Shown here: one piece after another, positions 47,600 to 50,898 of the stretch
How the letters are laid out: each line of letters opens with the position of its first letter
Numbering within the stretch: the stretch's first letter is position 1
DNA from: a virus
Taxonomy: Duplodnaviria > Caudoviricetes
IMG/VR virus record: IMGVR_UViG_3300017913_001906
Location: 1-50,898 of that record
DNA length: 50,898 bases
Reading direction: 5' to 3' (one strand)
Position numbers and translations under genes: made by a program
The notes under the pieces: model-generated
What the model was told of the DNA's origin: nothing
Databases searched by the model: none
What the model saw: the letters and a program-made list of their open reading frames with translations, nothing else

Positions 47600-50500
47600 A
47601 TGGCATTAACATCACCAGGTGTTCAGGTTACGGTAATAGACGAAAGTTTTTACACCCCATCCGAGCCGGGCACTACACCAATGATTTTTGTTGCCTCTGC
47701 AAGTAACAAAGCTAACGCAGGCGGCACAGGCACAGCACAAGGTACACTAAAAGCCAATGCTGGTAAGCCTTACTTATTAACATCACAGCGTGATCTAGCA
47801 GATACATTTGGAGATCCAGTATTCCAAATCGATTCAAACAACAATCCAATACATGGATCAGAATTGAACGAATACGGACTACAGGCTGCATATTCATTAC
47901 TAGGTGTAAGCAACAGAGCATATGTTGTAAGAGCAGACGTTGATTTAAACGAACTGAAGCCTACAGCAACAGCACCTGCAGCAGATCCAAAAGCTGGAAC
48001 ATACTGGTTTGACACAGATGATTCATTCTACGGTATTCAACAGTGGAATGGCGAAGCAATTACAACTACAGGCGGACAGCAGTTTACTAACAAAGTTCCA
48101 ACTGTAATTACAGATTCTACACAGACTGAAAGCGGATCACTAAGCGTAAACGGTTATGCTGGACAAAAGCCAAAAAGCACAGTAGGTGCAATTGGTGACT
48201 ATGCTATTGTTGCAACATCAACACTTAACAGAATGTATTACAGAAACAAAGATGGCGATTGGGTATTAGTAGGTAGTGATGCATGGACTAAGAGTTGGCC
48301 AACAATCAAAGGCACTAAGTCTAATCCAACTTTTGCAGGTTCACGTAACATTACAATTAATGGTACATCAGTAGCTATTAGTTCAAGTGATACTGTAACT
48401 GATGTAGTAAGCACAATCAACGGATTGCTAATACAGGGTGTAACAGCAGCAGTAGTTGATACTAGACTAGAAATTTACAGTGATGGTACAGGAAGTGCAG
48501 CTTCTGACTCAACACTAGCAGGTGATATCTTAATCGGAGGTGATGCCGATGGATTAACAGAGCTAGGGTTGACAGCAGGTACTTTTTATCCACCAGCACT
48601 AGCAATAGCCAAGCACACAAGCGTTCCTGAATGGAAAACAGCAGACACATACACACGCCCAACAGGTAGTGTATGGTTAAAAACTACTGAGCCAAACGCT
48701 GGTGCAAAACTAAATGTTAAAGAATGGGACGATGCAGCAAAGACATGGAACAAAATTGTTTCACCAATGTATGACACTAACTTGGCTGCTATCTATGACT
48801 TAGATAGAACAGGTGGCGGTGGAAACATCGCAATAGGATCAGTGTATGCAAAAACAAATGTTGCAGCTGACTCAAGCCCATTAGGTACATTTAAATTATA
48901 CAGAAGAGAAAATGTTGGACCAACAACTATTACTTCTAATAAAATTACAGCAACTACATTTTCAGCAGGTACCATTGGCTTTAAAATGAGTGCTACTAAG
49001 AAAAACCAAGCTTCATATGAAAATGAAGTTAATGTTTCTTTCACAGCTACAGGCGCAACAACTGATGCGGCACTTTTAGCTGAAGCAATTACAAACATTA
49101 ACATGAATGGTGTTAGTGCAGAAGTAAATGCACAAAACAAAGTTGTAATTAAGCATTCAGAAGGCGGAGAAATTAAGTTTACTGATACAGACGGTGGACT
49201 TACATCTGCTGGATTTGCACCATATGTAAGTGCAACAAGTGGCACACCAAACCTTTACTACCAAGATGGTACAGACGGTGATACAAATCCACTACAACTA
49301 CAGGCTTCAAACTGGAAAGTGTTAACTTACACTGCAAGTGATTCAGCTGTAACACAACTTGCTACAGATGGTCAACTATGGTACAACTCAATTGTAGACG
49401 AAATTGACTTAATGATTCACAATGGTACAAAATGGGTAGGTTACCTACACAGTACTTCACCATACTATGAAACAGATAGTGCAGAACAAACAGATCCAGA
49501 AGGACCAATTGTAAGTGCTACTAAGCCTACAAAACAGTCAGATGGATCAGCATTGAAAAATGGTGATATTTGGATTGATACAGCAGATTTAGAAAACTAT
49601 CCTACAATCTACAAATACAATGCAAACTTAACAAATACACCAGCAAGCAACAGATGGGAACTAGTTGATAAAACAGATCAAACTACTGAAGACGGTATCC
49701 TATTTGCTGATGCACGTTATAACACAAGCGGTGCTAACTCAGACAAAGCAGGTGACATTGACGCACTATTAGAAAGCGACTTTGTAGACTTTGATTGTCC
49801 AGATCCAGCACTTTATCCAAAAGGCATGTTACTATGGAATCTACGTAGAAGCGGATTTAACGTAAAACGTTTTGAGCGTAACTACATTGATACAAGTAAA
49901 AACAATGTACGTTTTGGATCAGGTGACGGCGAGTCAATGGAAAACTATTATGTACACCGTTGGGTTACAGAATCAGGAAACCAAGAAGATGGTGCAGGAA
50001 CATTTGGACGCAAAGCACAACGTAAAGTTGTTGTCCAAGCGTTACAAGCAACAGTTAACAGCAATGATGAAATCAGAGATGATGAATCAAGACTGTTCAA
50101 TGTAATGGCAACACCTGCTTATCCAGAACTAATAGGTGAGATGATCAGCTTAAACTACGATAGAGGCTTAACAGCGTTTATCGTAGGTGATTCACCGTTC
50201 AGACTAACACCGGATGCAACTTCATTAAATGAATGGGCAACAAACGTAAACTTAGCTGTTGAAGATAACGATAGAGGACTTGTTTCAAGAGATGAGTACT
50301 TAGGTATCTTTTACCCAGCAGGCTTCACAAGTGACAATGCAGGAAACAACGTTGTTGTTCCACCGTCACACATGATGCTACGCACAATGGCGCTAAGTGA
50401 CCAAGTATCGTTCCCATGGTTTGCACCAGCAGGTACAAGACGCGGTGGTATTACTAATGCTACTTCAACAGGTTACCTAAATGCTGAAGGCGAATTTGTA

Positions 50501-50898
50501 AGCACAGCACTTAACGAAGGACAAAGAGATACACTGTACTCAAATAACGTTAACCCAATTACGTTTATTACAGGTGCAGGACTTGTAAACTTTGGACAGA
50601 AAACTCGTGCAAGAGGTGCAAGTTCACTAGACAGAATCAACGTAGCACGTTTGGTTATCTACTTACGTAGTCAACTTAACAAACTTGCTAAGCCTTATAT
50701 CTTTGAGCCAAATGATAAGATCACACGTGATGAGATCAAACAAGCGGCTGAAAGTTTAATGCTAGAACTTGTAAGTCAGAGAGCACTATACGATTACCTA
50801 GTTGTATGTGATGAATCAAACAACACACCAGCTAGAATCGATAGAAACGAACTGTACTTAGATATTGCTATCGAACCAGTAAAAGCAGTGGAGTTCAT
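47600..50898 (+). CDS. gp18: Tail sheath protein (T4 gp18-like), 3'-truncated, at least 1099 aa; absent from the ORF track
   Basis: Starts MALTSPGVQVTVIDESFY, then LITSQRDL.DTFG.P and ELNEYGL. The C-terminal region has PWFAPAG.RRG, RDTLY...VNPI, FGQKT, LDRINVARL, FEPND..TR, VVCDESNNTP.RIDRNEL..DIAIEPVKAVEF. Confidence 0.92.
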   Translation, partial: MALTSPGVQVTVIDESFYTPSEPGTTPMIFVASASNKANAGGTGTAQGTLKANAGKPYLLTSQRDLADTFGDPVFQIDSNNNPIHGSELNEYGLQAAYSLLGVSNRAYVVRADVDLNELKPTATAPAADPKAGTYWFDTDDSFYGIQQWNGEAITTTGGQQFTNKVPTVITDSTQTESGSLSVNGYAGQKPKSTVGAIGDYAIVATSTLNRMYYRNKDGDWVLVGSDAWTKSWPTIKGTKSNPTFAGSRNITINGTSVAISSSDTVTDVVSTINGLLIQGVTAAVVDTRLEIYSDGTGSAASDSTLAGDILIGGDADGLTELGLTAGTFYPPALAIAKHTSVPEWKTADTYTRPTGSVWLKTTEPNAGAKLNVKEWDDAAKTWNKIVSPMYDTNLAAIYDLDRTGGGGNIAIGSVYAKTNVAADSSPLGTFKLYRRENVGPTTITSNKITATTFSAGTIGFKMSATKKNQASYENEVNVSFTATGATTDAALLAEAITNINMNGVSAEVNAQNKVVIKHSEGGEIKFTDTDGGLTSAGFAPYVSATSGTPNLYYQDGTDGDTNPLQLQASNWKVLTYTASDSAVTQLATDGQLWYNSIVDEIDLMIHNGTKWVGYLHSTSPYYETDSAEQTDPEGPIVSATKPTKQSDGSALKNGDIWIDTADLENYPTIYKYNANLTNTPASNRWELVDKTDQTTEDGILFADARYNTSGANSDKAGDIDALLESDFVDFDCPDPALYPKGMLLWNLRRSGFNVKRFERNYIDTSKNNVRFGSGDGESMENYYVHRWVTESGNQEDGAGTFGRKAQRKVVVQALQATVNSNDEIRDDESRLFNVMATPAYPELIGEMISLNYDRGLTAFIVGDSPFRLTPDATSLNEWATNVNLAVEDNDRGLVSRDEYLGIFYPAGFTSDNAGNNVVVPPSHMMLRTMALSDQVSFPWFAPAGTRRGGITNATSTGYLNAEGEFVSTALNEGQRDTLYSNNVNPITFITGAGLVNFGQKTRARGASSLDRINVARLVIYLRSQLNKLAKPYIFEPNDKITRDEIKQAAESLMLELVSQRALYDYLVVCDESNNTPARIDRNELYLDIAIEPVKAVEF

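Noticed and set aside
673-50105. Numerous short antisense or alternate-frame ORFs in the track (e.g. 2542..3027, 11393..11953, 20064..20642, 39805..40311, 41197..41742, 48793..49245, 49872..50105)
   Set aside because: They lie within long genes, lack SD sites and recognisable motifs, and look like codon-bias shadows.
1-50898. Stop-codon reassignment (alternative genetic code)
   Set aside because: TAA, TAG and TGA all end genes at sensible boundaries, and the giant ORFs are uninterrupted in code 11.
1-50898. tRNA, rRNA, integrase or transposase genes
   Set aside because: None was recognised. Intergenic spaces are mostly too short and no cloverleaf or T-loop motif was seen.

Overview
This window is a 51-kb piece of a large, AT-rich (roughly 35-40% GC by eye) T4-like myovirus genome, read in the standard genetic code; the host cannot be determined from the sequence. 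Bases 1-26.7 kb hold a + strand virion operon with two pairs of giant paralogous tail/baseplate proteins and three tandem Gly/His-rich fibre paralogues. The giant proteins carry swappable inserts: a 7-blade FG-GAP propeller, a LamG-like domain, CBM5/12-like repeats and helical CxRD repeats resembling the phycobiliprotein bilin site. Bases 26.8-39.2 kb are a dense enzyme island of two convergent operons encoding 2 flavin-dependent (Trp-type) halogenases and 13 Fe(II)/2OG- or JmjC-type oxygenases, each operon starting at a T4-late-like ATAAATA box. Bases 39.2-50.9 kb encode two virion proteins with cupredoxin-like Cu sites, a cupin, a NUDIX hydrolase, gp15/gp14/gp13-like neck genes, a dNMP kinase with a perfect sigma70 promoter, a degenerate HNH protein and a very long tail sheath gene (47600 to the window end) that the ORF track missed. 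The leading hypothesis (inference) is a late-expressed 'virion-tailoring' system that halogenates or hydroxylates the adjacent tail proteins. All product calls come from motifs read by eye; no database searches were run.
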